A stretch of DNA of 64,000 nucleotides from Octopus sinensis (taxonomy: Eukaryota): the NCBI RefSeq assembly GCF_006345805.1, contig NC_043021.1:6324001-6388000 (forward strand). The letters are read 5' to 3'. This document shows, piece by piece, positions 39,540 to 51,591 of the stretch (positions are counted from its first letter, which is position 1; each line of letters starts with the position of its first letter). The notes under the pieces were generated by a model, which was not told where the DNA came from, did no database searches, and saw only the letters and a program-made list of their open reading frames with translations. A program made the position numbers and the translations under genes.

Positions 39540-39944
39540 CTGCAACACATCAGAATAAAACCAAGAATGAGTGACAGGTACTCTAAGAATCCATATAGTT
39601 TATAAGAATGTGTCGAAAAGGCAATATAATAGATACAGACTATTATTAATAATAATAATAATAACTGGACAGGACACCAGTCCATCACAGTGTTACTCAA
39701 GAAACAGGAAGAAAGAGTGAGAGAAAGTTGTGGCAATAGAGTACAGCAGGGGTTGCCACCACTCCCTGCCGGAGCCTCGTGGAGCTTTTAGGTGTTTTCG
39801 CTCCATAAACACACACAATGCGCCCAGTCTGGGAATTGAAACCGCGAGTCCGCTGCCCTAACCACTGGGCCATTGTGCCTCGTTGTCTTGTAGGAAGTGG
39901 TCAAATATTAAATGTATGAACAACATGACATCTTGAGTCACTAA

Positions 39945-40140
39945 ATAATGACACTAAAGAAATGATGACACTAAATAAATAGATATATGATGACACTAAT
40001 ATATGACACTAAATAATGATGACACTAAATAAATGATGACACTAAATAAAGAAATATATGATGACACTAATATATGACACTAAATAAATAAATAAATTTG
40101 ATGACACTAAATAATGATGACACTAAATAAATAAATAAAT
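39945..40140. repeat. ~20-bp minisatellite (atgatgacactaaataa), intronic
   Basis: About 9 imperfect tandem copies. Confidence 0.8.
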
Positions 40141-40196
40141 AAATAAAAGCAAAAAAAAAATTAAAAATTAAAAAACAAAAAACAAAAACAATATAC

Positions 40197-40310
40197 CTGT
40201 CCATTCTCATGCTACAGACAATACCCAAAATATCAACAGAGTGTTCCTCTCGGAGTTGTCGGATGCCGATGCTGATAGCGACGAAGCAGCCTGTACGACC
40301 AATGCCAGCA
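40197..40310 (-). CDS. PTP exon (S-AGIGRTGCFVAISIGIRQLREEHSVDILGIVCSMRMD-R)
   Basis: ttgtag acceptor, gtatat donor, 114 nt; completes the catalytic HCSAGIGRTG signature. Confidence 0.95.
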
Positions 40311-40614
40311 CTACAAGACACCAATATGTTAATTAGATTAACAGTAAAGTACAGTAACCATATCACAACAGTTATAATCGTTATAAAAAGCAAGCCAATG
40401 GATTGCTAGAAATAGCAGCCAAATCACCTTTAAATTCCACCTTACCATCTACAATAGGGAAAGAATGCATTGGATAACAACCACATGGTTCTGGGTTCAA
40501 TTCCACTGCTCGGTACCTCGAGTAAGCGTCTTCCACTATAGTGCCAGGCCAACTAAAGCCTTGGGAGTGGATTTGGTAGATGGAAACTGAAAGAAGGCCA
40601 TATATATGTATGTG

Positions 40615-40691
<77 letters not shown>

Positions 40692-41294
40692 TATATATGT
40701 GTGTGTGTGTGTCTGTGTTTGTCCTCCCACCATTGCTTGATAACCGATGTTGGTGTGTTTACATCCCTGTAACCTAGCAGTTTGGCAAAACAAGACTGAT
40801 AATATGAGCACCAGGATTTAAAGTAAAAAAAAAGTAAGTACTGAGATTGATTTGTTTGACTAAAAATTCTTAAGGGCGGTGCCCCAGCATGGCCACAGCT
40901 TAATGGCTGAGACGAAAATATGGTGATATTTATAATAAAGATACTGTGATATTTTTATGTCTATTACTAGGATCTAGCTTGACTATGCACACCAGGGAGT
41001 ACAACACTATCTCTCCCACTCAGGCCAGTCACATCTACAATGCAACAAAACAACAAAAAGTTGAACAGGAGTGGCTTTGTGGTAAGTAGCTTGCTTACCA
41101 ACCACATGGTTCCGGGTTCAGTCCCACTGCGTGGCACCTTGGGTAAGTGCCTTCTACTATAGCCTTGGGCCGACCAAAGCCTTGTGAGTGGATCTGGTAG
41201 GACGGAAACTGAAAGAAGCCCGTCGTATATATGTATATGTATGTATGTATGTATGTGTGTCTATGTTTGTCCCCACCAACATTGCTTGACAACC

Positions 41295-41526
41295 TATTTC
41301 TTTATTACCCACAAGGGGCTAAACACAGAGGGGACAAACAAGGACAGACATAGGTATTAAATCGATTACATCGACCCCAGTGCGTAACTGGTACTTAATT
41401 TATCGACCCCGAAAGGATGAAAGGCAAAGTGGACCTCGGCGGAATTTGAACTCACAACGTAACGGCAGACGAAATACCACTAAGCATTTCGCCCGGCGTG
41501 CTAACGCTTCTGCCAGCTCGCCGCCT
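41295..41526 (-). mobile_element. Family B SINE nested in a family A SINE
   Basis: 13-bp TSD ttgcttgacaacc at 41282-41294 and 41527-41539. Confidence 0.85.
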
Positions 41527-41740
41527 TTGCTTGACAACCGATGCTGGTGTGTTTACGTCCCCGTAACTTAGCATATCAGCAAAAGAGACTGATAGAATAA
41601 GTACTAGACTTACAAAGAATAAGTCCTGGGGGGGTCGATTTGCTCGACTAAAGGCGGTGCTCCAGCATGGCCGCAGTCAGATGACTGCAACAAGTAAAAG
41701 AGTAAAAGAGTAAAAAGAGTAAGGGTGTTAACATACAGAC

Positions 41741-41907
41741 CTGCAATGTACAACAATTGGTCCACGAGGTGTAATACCATCATCCATGTATCGATGTAGC
41801 TCAACATCCTGTACCAAGTCGAGGATCATCTTTGGTGAGTCTGGAGGTTTATGGTCCGGCCATGCTGTGTACCAGTAATGTAGCACATGGTGGCTTTCAC
41901 CTTTACA
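41741..41907 (-). CDS. PTP exon (CKGESHHVLHYWYTAWPDHKPPDSPKMILDLVQDVELHRYMDDGITPRGPIVVHC-S)
   Basis: ttccag acceptor, gtctgt donor, 167 nt; WPDHK loop (as in PTPRR) and PIVVHC. Confidence 0.95.
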
Positions 41908-43151
41908 CTGGAAGAACAACAACAGCAAAAATATATACACATCTTCGTATAATTACTCTGATGCAGTTATAAAGGTGTTACTCAGGGACTCCATTTTGAG
42001 TCCCCTGCATCTAATACCAGAAACAGATAATCATTTATTCCTTTGCTATCTCATTCTCTTATTAAAATTATTTAACCTTTTAGCATTTAAACTGGCCATA
42101 ACCCGTGACCTTCTACATGGGATGTAGCCAGCCCACTTATGCATACCTTCCCTTCTTGGGACACAAAACTCTACTTGTGAAGACCTGTTGAGGCAAGTGA
42201 GAATCAGAATCGAAATCGATCAATGGAAATTGCAGCTGAGTTACCAGTGCCGGTGGCACGTAAGAAAACCATCCGAATGTGGCCGTTGCCAGCGCCGCCC
42301 CAACTGGCCTTGTGCTGGTGGCATGTAAAAAGCACCATCCGTTCGTGGCCGTTGCCAGCCTGGCCTGGCCCCCGTGTCGGTGGCACATAAAAAGCACCAT
42401 CCGATCGTAGCCGTTTGCCAGACTCGTCTGGCACCTGTGCCGGTGGCACGTAAAAAGCACCCACTACACTCATGGAGTGGTTGGCGTTATGAAGGGCATC
42501 CAGCCGTAGAAACATTGCCAGATCAAACTGGGCCATGTGCAGCCTTCTGGCTTCCCAGACCCCAGTTGAACCGTCCAACCCATGCCAGCATGGAAAGTGG
42601 ACGCTAAACGATGATGATGATGATGATGATATCCAGCCAAAAGAATCAACCTATTTTATCTTGAAACTGGCCTGGTCTGGCCTCTCACACTCACCCTACA
42701 AAATTGCTCTAAAAATAAACAATCACGTCATTGAAATCTCAAAGGTACAAGGTCAATGTAAACAAAGTTCTTAGGGAGATTCAGCGTGACACAGTGTGAC
42801 AAGGCGTGACACAGAGTGTGACAAGGCTGGCCCTTTGAAATACAAGTACTACTCATTTTTGCCAGCTGAGTGGACTGGAGCAACGTGAAATAAAATGTCT
42901 TGCTCAAGGACACGACGCATCGCTGGGAATTGAATTCATGACCTTATGACCATGAGCCGAATGCCCTACCCACTAAGCCACACACCTTCACACACACACA
43001 TACATACAAACACAAATACATAATGAATGTATAAAAATTTTATGTACACAAACACGTCCTGACATTGTCACAAAACTTCAATGATGAAACTGAGCCACTC
43101 ATCGCTGCCGAGCCATGCAAAACGTAGGAGAAGAGTGAGAGACGTACTTAC

Positions 43152-43265
43152 CCTCAGTACAAGTTGATGTACCAAATAACCTGGTCGTTGAGTGACTTTT
43201 TCCACAGTGACCTCAATATCACCGTAGCAACCATATTTATCAGGTAGGTAATTCTCACATTTACT
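43152..43265 (-). CDS. PTP exon (SKCENYLPDKYGCYGDIEVTVEKVTQRPGYLVHQLVLR)
   Basis: ttgcag acceptor, gtaagt donor, 114 nt, phase 0/0; KC..Y.P motif. Confidence 0.92.
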
Positions 43266-43364
43266 CTGCAAAAGAGGAGAAAATAAACAGATGTTAGCAA
43301 CAACATCACAATACATTATCAACAAACAGTACTTCTCTAGGTTACATATGTAACATATATATAT

Positions 43365-43417
<53 letters not shown>

Positions 43418-44029
43418 TATATATTCTTTTCTTCTCTTTTATTCATTTCAGTCATTTGACTGTGGCCATGCTGGGGCACCACCTTTAGTTGAACAAATCG
43501 CCCACATAACTTATTCTTTGTAAGCCTAGTACTTACTCTATCAGTCTCTTTTGCCGAACCACTAAGTTACGGGGACGCAGACACACCAACATCAGTTGTC
43601 AAGTGATGGCAGGGGGAAAACACAGACACACAAGCTTATATATATATATATATATGGCGTTAGGAAGGGCAGCCAGCTGTAGAAACTCTGCCAGATCAAG
43701 ACTGGAGCCTGGTGCAGCCATCTGGTTTGCCAGCCTTCAGTCAAAATCCTCCAACCCATGCTAGCATGGAAAGCGGACGTTAAACAATGATGATGATATA
43801 TATATAATGTTAAGCTTATACATATATATATATATACATACGACGTGCTTTTTTCAGTTTTCTGTCCACCAAATCCACTCACAAAGCTTTGGTTGGGTTG
43901 AGGTTATAGCAGAAGACACTTGCCCAAGGTGCCACACAGTAGGACTGAACCCAGAACCATGTGGTTGGTAAGCAAGCTACTTACCACACAGCCACTCCTC
44001 AGCCTTTGATCCCAGATCAAAATTCCCCA

Positions 44030-44170
44030 AAACAGATAAATAGCGCCAATAACAAAAATCCAAGCTTCAGAATTTTTCCCCTCTACCAATTCAGGGATGA
44101 AACAACCTGCAGCCAACGAATTAGTAAAGAGACTCTCTTTATTACAAAATACAGATCCCTTTTGAACACA
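44030..44170 (+). mobile_element. Penelope-like element relic (GIY-YIG endonuclease C-terminus)
   Basis: Encodes NSANNKNPSFRIFPLYQFRDETTCSQRISKETLFITKYRSLLN, resembling the R..KE..FI....LN end of Penelope endonucleases. Confidence 0.5.
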
Positions 44171-44739
44171 TCTACAACAAATGACATAGAATAATAACAC
44201 GCAAATATTAAAAAATGATACATTCAAAAGATACCCTAGAATTCATTAAAAACAGTCCCAATCAATGCTATAATCCACAACGAGTCACTTTTAGGTCACT
44301 TGACCATTTAACATCCTACTACTATCATACCACCCTGCATTCCCCTCTTTGTCTTCTTCCTCTCCGTCACCTCCTTCCTTACTTTACTACTACTGCTGCT
44401 TAGAATAACACCTACATAAATATTATAAACAATACTTCCCAACTACATGGTTTCGGGTTCTGTCCCACTGCGTGGCACTTTGGGTAGGTGTCTTCCACTA
44501 TAGCCCCGAGTCAACCGAAGCTTTGTGATTGAATTCGGTAGGTGGAAGTTACTGCCGTGTGTGTATGTGTGCGTGTAGGTGCTCAGTGCCTCTCCGAAAG
44601 AGAGAGAGGGAATACATTCAAAAGAGATATCTCAAGAATTCAATCACTACCACCATCCACAACAAGTCACTTTCAGGGCACTCGACCATTTAAAATCCAA
44701 CTACTATCATAGCACTCCTGCATTATTCTTGCAGAGATC

Positions 44740-45060
44740 ACGTAAAGGTTAGAAAGGAATGAGGCTAGTATGCTCCTCTGGATGTGTAATGTAAGCATAC
44801 GTGTTTGACAGAGTGCTAGTGTTTTGAGAGAGAAGTTAGACATAAGAGGAATTAGTTGTGTGCAAGAGAGAAGACTGCGCTGGTTTGGTCATGTGATGCA
44901 GATGGATGCTAACAGCCCCGTAAAGACGTGCTGATCTCTCACAGTAGATGGAACCTGTGTAAGTGGGAGACCTAGGAAGACATAGGATGAAGAACTGAAG
45001 AATGACCTTAGGACACTGAACCTTTCAGATGAGATGACGATGGGCTGAGATGCCCGGTGC
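44740..45060 (+). mobile_element. Decayed RTE LINE fragment related to the copy at 1-855
   Basis: RLERNEASMLLWMCN...QERRLRWFGHVM...GRPRKT*DE, with stops. Another relic lies at ~58100-58235 (-). Confidence 0.8.
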
Positions 45061-45097
45061 ATCTCTTCACAGTAGAAGTATTAAGACTAGTCCCTCT

Positions 45098-45457
45098 CTA
45101 CCCTGAAGTCCAACCCCTCCTCAAAGTGGTGTAAACGGGCAGTGTCAGAGCTATGCCGTTGGGAACTTCGGTTCCTGGTAGGGCCACCCAAAGCAGATTG
45201 GTCTGGCACCGAGTGGTATTAGGATTGCAGCCTGGCCAACGGGCATCCAAGAGGCATCTGATTGGCAACCGGCGGCTTCGAGGTCGTTTTGTCCCTGCGT
45301 CTGTGGAGACTCCACGGCAAACAGGGCATCCCGTCACTCGGAATATGCATGCAGGATGTCAGGGACCGCTTGTGATTTCAATATTCCCACGAAACTTCTT
45401 CTAGAAGAAGCCGGCTCAAGCCGCCCTGGGTGAACGCCATCACAAGTACAAGTAAGT
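45098..45457 (+). mobile_element. 360-bp non-coding retroelement insertion (RTE-type non-autonomous)
   Basis: 12-bp TSD actagtccctct at 45086-45097 and 45458-45469; caagtacaagtaagt tail; GC-rich body. Confidence 0.75.
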
Positions 45458-46031
45458 ACTAGTCCCTCTGGTGATGAGGATTGACCTGCAAGAGTTCTGT
45501 GCTGGTACTATGGAAAAAGCACTTGTGGTGGTGCCACGTAAAAGTGCCCATGTGGTGCCACATAAAAGCATCCGTGTGGCACAACATAAAAGCACCTGTG
45601 TGGTGCCATGTACAAGTGCCCATGTGGTGCCACATAAAAGCACCCAATACATTCAGTAAAGTGGTTGGTTTCTGGAAGAGCGTCCAGCTGTAGAAACCAT
45701 GCCAAATCAGACTGGAGTCTGATGCAGCTCCCTAGCTCACTGGCTCTGGTCAAACTGTCCAACCCATGCCAGCATGGAGAAAAGACATTAAATGATATTG
45801 ATGATGAAGATATTTGTTGATACATATACTCTCTCTCTCACACACACATGTGTGTATATGTGTGTGTGTGTGTGTATATATATGTGTGTGTGTATTCATA
45901 CATATACATATGTAATACATATCTTTGTGTTTATGTGTGTATGTATTTTTACAATAGAGAATTTTAAATTGTTTTAAATTCTTATACACATACACACACA
46001 TATATATATATAAAATAAAATTTAGTAATAC

Positions 46032-46103
46032 TTTTGCTGAATTCCAAGGTGACTTGCATTCGTCTGTATATTCCTTTTCATCTGTATTGTTGAATAGGTC
46101 AGC
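46032..46103 (-). CDS. Candidate alternative cassette exon of the PTP gene (ADLFNNTDEKEYTDECKSPWNSAK)
   Basis: Branch-point-like tgctaac, ctttaccattttag acceptor, 72 nt stop-free in phase 0/0, gtatta donor; lies between two phase-0 exons. Confidence 0.5.
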
Positions 46104-46379
46104 CTAAAATGGTAAAGTAGCATTAATGTTAGCATTCTTGGTAAAATATTTCTAAGGAGTGATTCTTTTTTTTTTTCAATGGAAAGCAGACATGTTAAAG
46201 GAGTTACCATCTTTGGTTTAGAAAATGGGAAAGTTATCTTCAGAATGAAGACTTAGCCAAAATACAACAGAATCACTTGTTAAGGTCATCTCTATACATA
46301 TTCTATCGAAATTATAGCCAGCAGTGGTTTCTGTTACAACACTTTGTATCAGAGATGTCAGATGTAAATAAACAATGAG

Positions 46380-47025
46380 ATTAAAGATGAAAAAATGAGT
46401 AATGTTATACATTATTTACATTTGATGGATATTTGTCCTCATCTGGTTTGTTGTTAACACAACGTCTTGGCTGATATACTCTCCAGCCATCATCAGGTGT
46501 CTTGGGAAAATTGCAAACCTGGGTTCTCATTCCTAAATTATTTTTCAAAGTTGCTGTTATTATTATTATTATTATTATTCAGGTCACTGCCTGGAATCAA
46601 ACTCGGAATCTTGGAGGTTAGTAGCCCGCGCTCTTAACTACTACGCCATATGCCTGTTTTGACCCAAGGCCAGCAATTTTGAAGAAAGGTTAGGTTGATT
46701 ACATTGACCCCACTGCTCAAGTGATCCAGGCATATGGCGTAGTGGTTAAGAGTGCAAGCCACTAACTCTAAGATTCCGAGTTCGATCCCAGGCATTGACC
46801 CGAATAATGATAATAATAATCATAATAATAATAATAATAATAATAACATCGAAAAATACCTTAGGAATGAGAACCCAGGTTTGAAATTTCCCTAAGACAC
46901 CGGATGATGGCTGGAGGGTATATCAGCCGAAATGTGTTAACAACAAACAAGATGAGGACAAATATTCGTCAGATGTAAATAATATAAATAATGTACATAA
47001 TTCCTCATCTCTTAAATATAGAACT
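46380..47025. mobile_element. Head-to-head inverted pair of a tRNA-headed SINE carrying a hammerhead-like 3' module
   Basis: Copies at ~46380-46656 (-) and ~46727-47025 (+). A box tggcgtagtggttaagag, B box gagttcgatccc, then gacac-C(T/G)GATGA-t-ggctg...cagcc-(GAAA). Confidence 0.7.
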
Positions 47026-47296
47026 GTATTATATATGTCATATTTCAGAAGTTTTTGCTCTTTCATCAGCACCCTTAATCATCTATGAACACATTGTTAA
47101 ATTGCCCCTAAATACAGTGGTATAATGTTATTGGATATACCAATTTTATATATATCAAACACATTCTTGGAAGCTGGTACACCAACAAAGGCACCCAAGG
47201 GCTAGGCAGGGTTGCTAAACCCTGTAACAGATTAAATTTATTACACAAAAGAATCTAACATTTGTTTGGATTTGGTTTGCAAGATTCTTTATGTGA

Positions 47297-47587
47297 GTTC
47301 GTGTGTTGAAGCATATTCTGTTGTGTCTGGGGAGAGTCATTTTCTTTTTGTGCCTTACGATTTAACACACTCACCGGTAAAATATCCACTTATTTCTTAT
47401 TTTTATTTTCATTTATTTTTATTCATTTTATTTATTTCTTATTTTCATTGCAAGACACAACAAAAATTTTAGGAAAATAAAAATAAGAAATAAGTGGAAA
47501 TTTTACTGGTGAGTGTGTTAAATTATAAGGCACAAAAAGAAAATGACCTTCCCCAGACACATCAGAATATGCTTCAACACATGAACT
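47297..47587. repeat. Fold-back element with ~110-bp arms; the same family is folded back again at ~52005-52170
   Basis: agttcgtgtgttgaagcatattctg...ccacttatttctt is mirrored by aagaaataagtgg...cagaatatgcttcaacacatgaact. Confidence 0.8.
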
Positions 47588-49008
47588 GGACACAACAGAC
47601 TAGACCAAGTTATATAATGTAAATATTTCACAGGGTCTCTGTAGGGCTGTCCTCTTAGTCAACTGGTAGCAACTTGCTGTAATATGTTGTAAGAACAGTA
47701 ACTGGTTGGGGTTCATTTGTAACAGGCTGGATGACAAGGGACTAGTTAGAACTGGCTGTAACAGGTTGTATGAGCAGGAACTAGTTCTGACTTGCCACAG
47801 ACGTTTGTATAGAAGAGAATTAAGTAGGACTTGTTAAGAAAGGTTGAATAAGAGAGAACTAGTTATGACTTGCTGTTGCAGATGGTACCAGAAGTTATAA
47901 CCAGCCATGTCTTGCTACGACATGCTTTCGGAGAGAAAACTAGCTGTGACAAGAATATAAGAGAAAACTACTGTGATAGGTTAAATGGGATAGAACTAGC
48001 TACAGCTGGCTATAACAGGTATATTATAAAAGTGGACATTAAAATGATGATGATGATGATAATATATGCAAACTTATTTCCAGTTTGAATATGCTTGAGG
48101 CATATTCAAACCCAGAAGAAGGCCAGGAGTAAAGAGGGGATATAGCAGTCCACTGCTGGATGTATCCTTCTTCATATCTAAAGGTTCTCAGTCATACCTA
48201 TTTCTTTATTACCCACAAGGGGCTAAACACAGAGGGGACAAACAAGGACAGACATAGGTATTAAGTCGATTACATCGACCCCAGTGCGTAACTGGTACTT
48301 AATTTATCGACCCCGAAAGGATGAAAGGCAAAGTCGACCTCGGCGGAATTTGAACTCACAATGTAACAGCAGGCGAAATACCTATTTCTTTATTACCCAC
48401 AAGGGGCTAAACACTGATGGGACAAACAAGGACAGATATAGTATTAAGTCGATTACATCGACCCCAGTTCAACGGTACTGTACTTAATTTATCGACCCCG
48501 AAAGGATGAAAGGCAAAGTCGACCTCGGCGGAAATTGAACTCACAACGTAACGGCAGACGAAATACCACTAAGCATTTCGCCCGGCGTACTAACGTTTCT
48601 GCCAGCTCGCCGCCTTACAAAGGTTCTCAGTCATACCACAGACTCACTAACACTGCCACCACTAACTTGACACTGACCAGGGGCCGTCTGTCTGTCTTAA
48701 TATTCATGTTTGCCTACTGAGTGGACTTGAGCAATGTGAAGTCAAGTGCCTTGCCTTAAGGACACAACATGTTCCCACGTCTGGGATTGAACTTATAATT
48801 GAGAGCCCAATTGCCTCATCATTGGGCCAAATGGTTTCACAAATGTATTTATACGTAGTGCCAAACTGATACCACTTATTCATCAATATATCTTTGACTG
48901 GCCTTGAACAATTGTAAGAGAAGAATATCTATGACTGGCTACATGTGAGGTTCTACATGTGAAAACTATGAAGAATTACACATGTGAAATTATAGACAAA
49001 CATCTTAC

Positions 49009-49146
49009 AGTGTTCATTTCTTTCAATTTTGTAATCATCACAATAATTGGAGCCTTTTCGTGCCATATCATTCTCCAGAAGTCCAAAATAGTGTGTGCCA
49101 TGGGGCCTTGGGTAGCAATGTATGCCATAGCTTCAACCTCATAACC
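49009..49146 (-). CDS. PTP exon ([46 protein letters not shown])
   Basis: ttgtag acceptor, gtaaga donor, 138 nt; YIATQGP, DFWRMIW and IVMIT motifs. Confidence 0.96.
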
Positions 49147-49539
49147 CTACAATGAAGAGAGAAAGAAAAACAGAAATTAAAAGGTCATACAAAATTAATA
49201 TACAAAAATGGATTATCTTTTACTTGTTTCAGTCATTGTTTCATAAAGAATTATAAGCCATATGTACTGACCCCTTCCAGTACTGACCCCCAGTACTTAT
49301 TTTTTTTAAAGCTTGGTACTTATTCTACTGGTCTCCTTTGTGAAACCACTAAGTTACGGCGACGTAAATACACCAGCACTAGTTGCCAAGTGGTGGTGGT
49401 GGTGGTAGTGGGGACAAACACAGACACAAAGACACTATGAGCCGTTGGCAGAGAGCATTTAATCTTGTGTAAAAGTAATCGTAGTGTGTCGTGTGAATAC
49501 TTTCTTTCCCCCTGCTTCGTTAAATTATATATAAACATC

Positions 49540-49841
49540 ACGTGATCACGTGACCGACCAGACCATCAGATGTTGTTACACATCGCTGGTCACAATGCGT
49601 TCGCATTGTTTTAGCCTTCGAATGACGCCACCCCGCTGGCTAAGCGAGCAGGCCAACAGAAGAAAGAGTGGGAAAAAGAGTGGTGAAAGAGTACAGCAGG
49701 GATCACCACCCCTTGCCGGAGCCTCGTGGAGCTTTTAGGTGTTTTCGCTCAATAAACACTCACAATGCCCGGTCTGGGAATCGAAACCGCGATCCTACGA
49801 CCGCGAGTCCGCTGCCCTAACCACAGGGCCATTGCGCCTCC
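49540..49841 (-). mobile_element. tRNA-derived SINE family C (head tggaggcgcaatggcccagtggttagggc); copies at ~57434-57729 and a partial one at ~39690-39880
   Basis: A box and B box (ggtttcgattccc); the two full copies are near-identical. Confidence 0.8.
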
Positions 49842-50228
49842 ACATATATAAACATATACATACATATATACAAGGGGCTTCTTTTAATTTCCACCAACCA
49901 AATCCACTCACAAGGCTTTGGTCAGCCTGAGGCCATAGGAGAAGATACTTGCCCAAAGTTCCACGAAGTGGGACTGAACCTGGTACTATGTGATCGAGAA
50001 GCAAGCTTCTTACCACACCAGTCATGCCTGCACATACAAATCATTAAAGATTTTATCCTTTGACTTTTATCTTTTACTTGTTGCAGTCACTGGACTGTGA
50101 CCATGCAGTTCATGGCACCGTTTGACCATTTCTTCTTAATGACTATGTAGTCTAGTTGTGCTTTTGTACCATTCGGGCAGCTCACTTTTGATAGCTTACA
50201 TTAAAACAGATGAGACACTTGGGTGGCA

Positions 50229-50328
50229 NNNNNNNNNNNNNNNNNNNNNNNNNNNNNNNNNNNNNNNNNNNNNNNNNNNNNNNNNNNNNNNNNNNNNNNN
50301 NNNNNNNNNNNNNNNNNNNNNNNNNNNN
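50229..50328. other. Assembly gap (100 N placeholder)
   Basis: Run of exactly 100 N. Confidence 1.
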
Positions 50329-51553
50329 AGGCTCACAATTGTGAGGTGGTAAGTTCAATTCCCTGACCAGGCTGCGTGTTGTGTTCTTGAGCAAGACACT
50401 TTATTTCACGTTGCTCCAGTTCACTCAGCTGTAGAAATGAGTTGTGATATCACTGGTGCCAAGCTGTATCAGCCCCTTTGCCTTTCCCTTGGATAACACT
50501 GGCAGCGTGGAGAGGGGAGGCTGGAATGCATGGGCGACGGCTGGTCTTCCACAAACAACCTTGCCTAGACTTGTGCCTCAGAGGGTGACTTTCTAGGTGC
50601 AATCCCATTGTCATTTATGACCAAAAAGGGCCTTTAGGAGTAGTAGTAATCCTTGTGGGTGAAATACTGCTAAACATTTTGCCCAGTGTGCTAACGATTC
50701 TGTCAGCTCGCTGCCTTAACAACAACAGCAACAACAACAACAACAACAATAATCCTTTCTATTATGGGCAATTCCCAGTGACATGTTGTGTCCTTGAGCA
50801 AGACACTTTATTTCACGTTGCACAAGTCCACTCAGCAGACGAAAATGAGTAGCACCTATATTTCAAAGGGCCAGACTTGTCACACTGAAACTCATTAAGA
50901 ACTACATTAAGGGTACACATGTCTGTGGAGTGCTCAACCACTTGCACGTTAATTTCATAAGCAAGCTGTTCTGTTGATCGTATCCTCATCGTTATAACTG
51001 ACGGAGTGCTCCTTGAGAAGACTCATCAAGCCAAATGAAATCATAGTTACAGCTGATGCTAGTGTCACATAACTTGCACATGAAAAACACCCATTATACT
51101 CTTGGAGTGTTGGCATTAGGAAAGGCATCCAGCCGTGGAAACCATGACAAATCAATCTGGAACTTGGTGAAGCTTTCTGACTTACCAATTCCAGTCAGAC
51201 TGCTTAAACTATGCCAGTATAGAAAGCAGAAGCATGATTATGATGATGATATATATATATATCACCCACTACACTCATGGAGTGGTTGGCGTTAGGAAGG
51301 GCATCAAGCTGTAGAAACTCTGCCAGATCAGATTGGAGCCTGGTGCAGCCATCTGGTTTGCCAGTCCTCAGTCAAATCGTCCAATCCATGCTAGCATGGA
51401 AAGCAGACATTAAACTATGATGATGATGATATATATAATATATATATATATATATATCGGGAAGGTTTACGAAAATAAACAAAAGACGAAGGCAGGTGGA
51501 GTACAAACAAACAAATGTATTAGTATGGCGCACAGGAATAGAAATAGAGCAAG

Positions 51554-51591
51554 TCTTTTACGTTTCGAGCCTATGCTCTTCGACAGAAAGA
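51554..51591 (-). ncRNA. Minimal hammerhead-like motif; family also at ~52469-52501(-), 58567-58604(-) and 58864-58902(+)
   Basis: tcttt-CTGTCGA-a-gagc-atag-gctc-GAAA-CG-TA-aaaga. Each copy carries different core substitutions. Confidence 0.55.

Noticed and set aside
38558-39605. ORFs 38558-38878 (-), 38829-39122 (-) and 39129-39605 (+) as extra exons or genes
   Set aside because: They lie past or antisense to the PTP stop, are low-complexity and have no motif; readthrough of the TGA meets another stop within 18 codons.
46727-46800. tRNA genes at SINE heads (also ~49770-49841 and ~57660-57729)
   Set aside because: A and B boxes are present, but there is no convincing cloverleaf and the heads run directly into SINE bodies.
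47033-47072. Additional hammerhead-like string on the minus strand (CTGATGA...GAAA)
   Set aside because: There is no valid NUH triplet adjoining a stem I and stem II is weak; it may be chance in AT-rich DNA.
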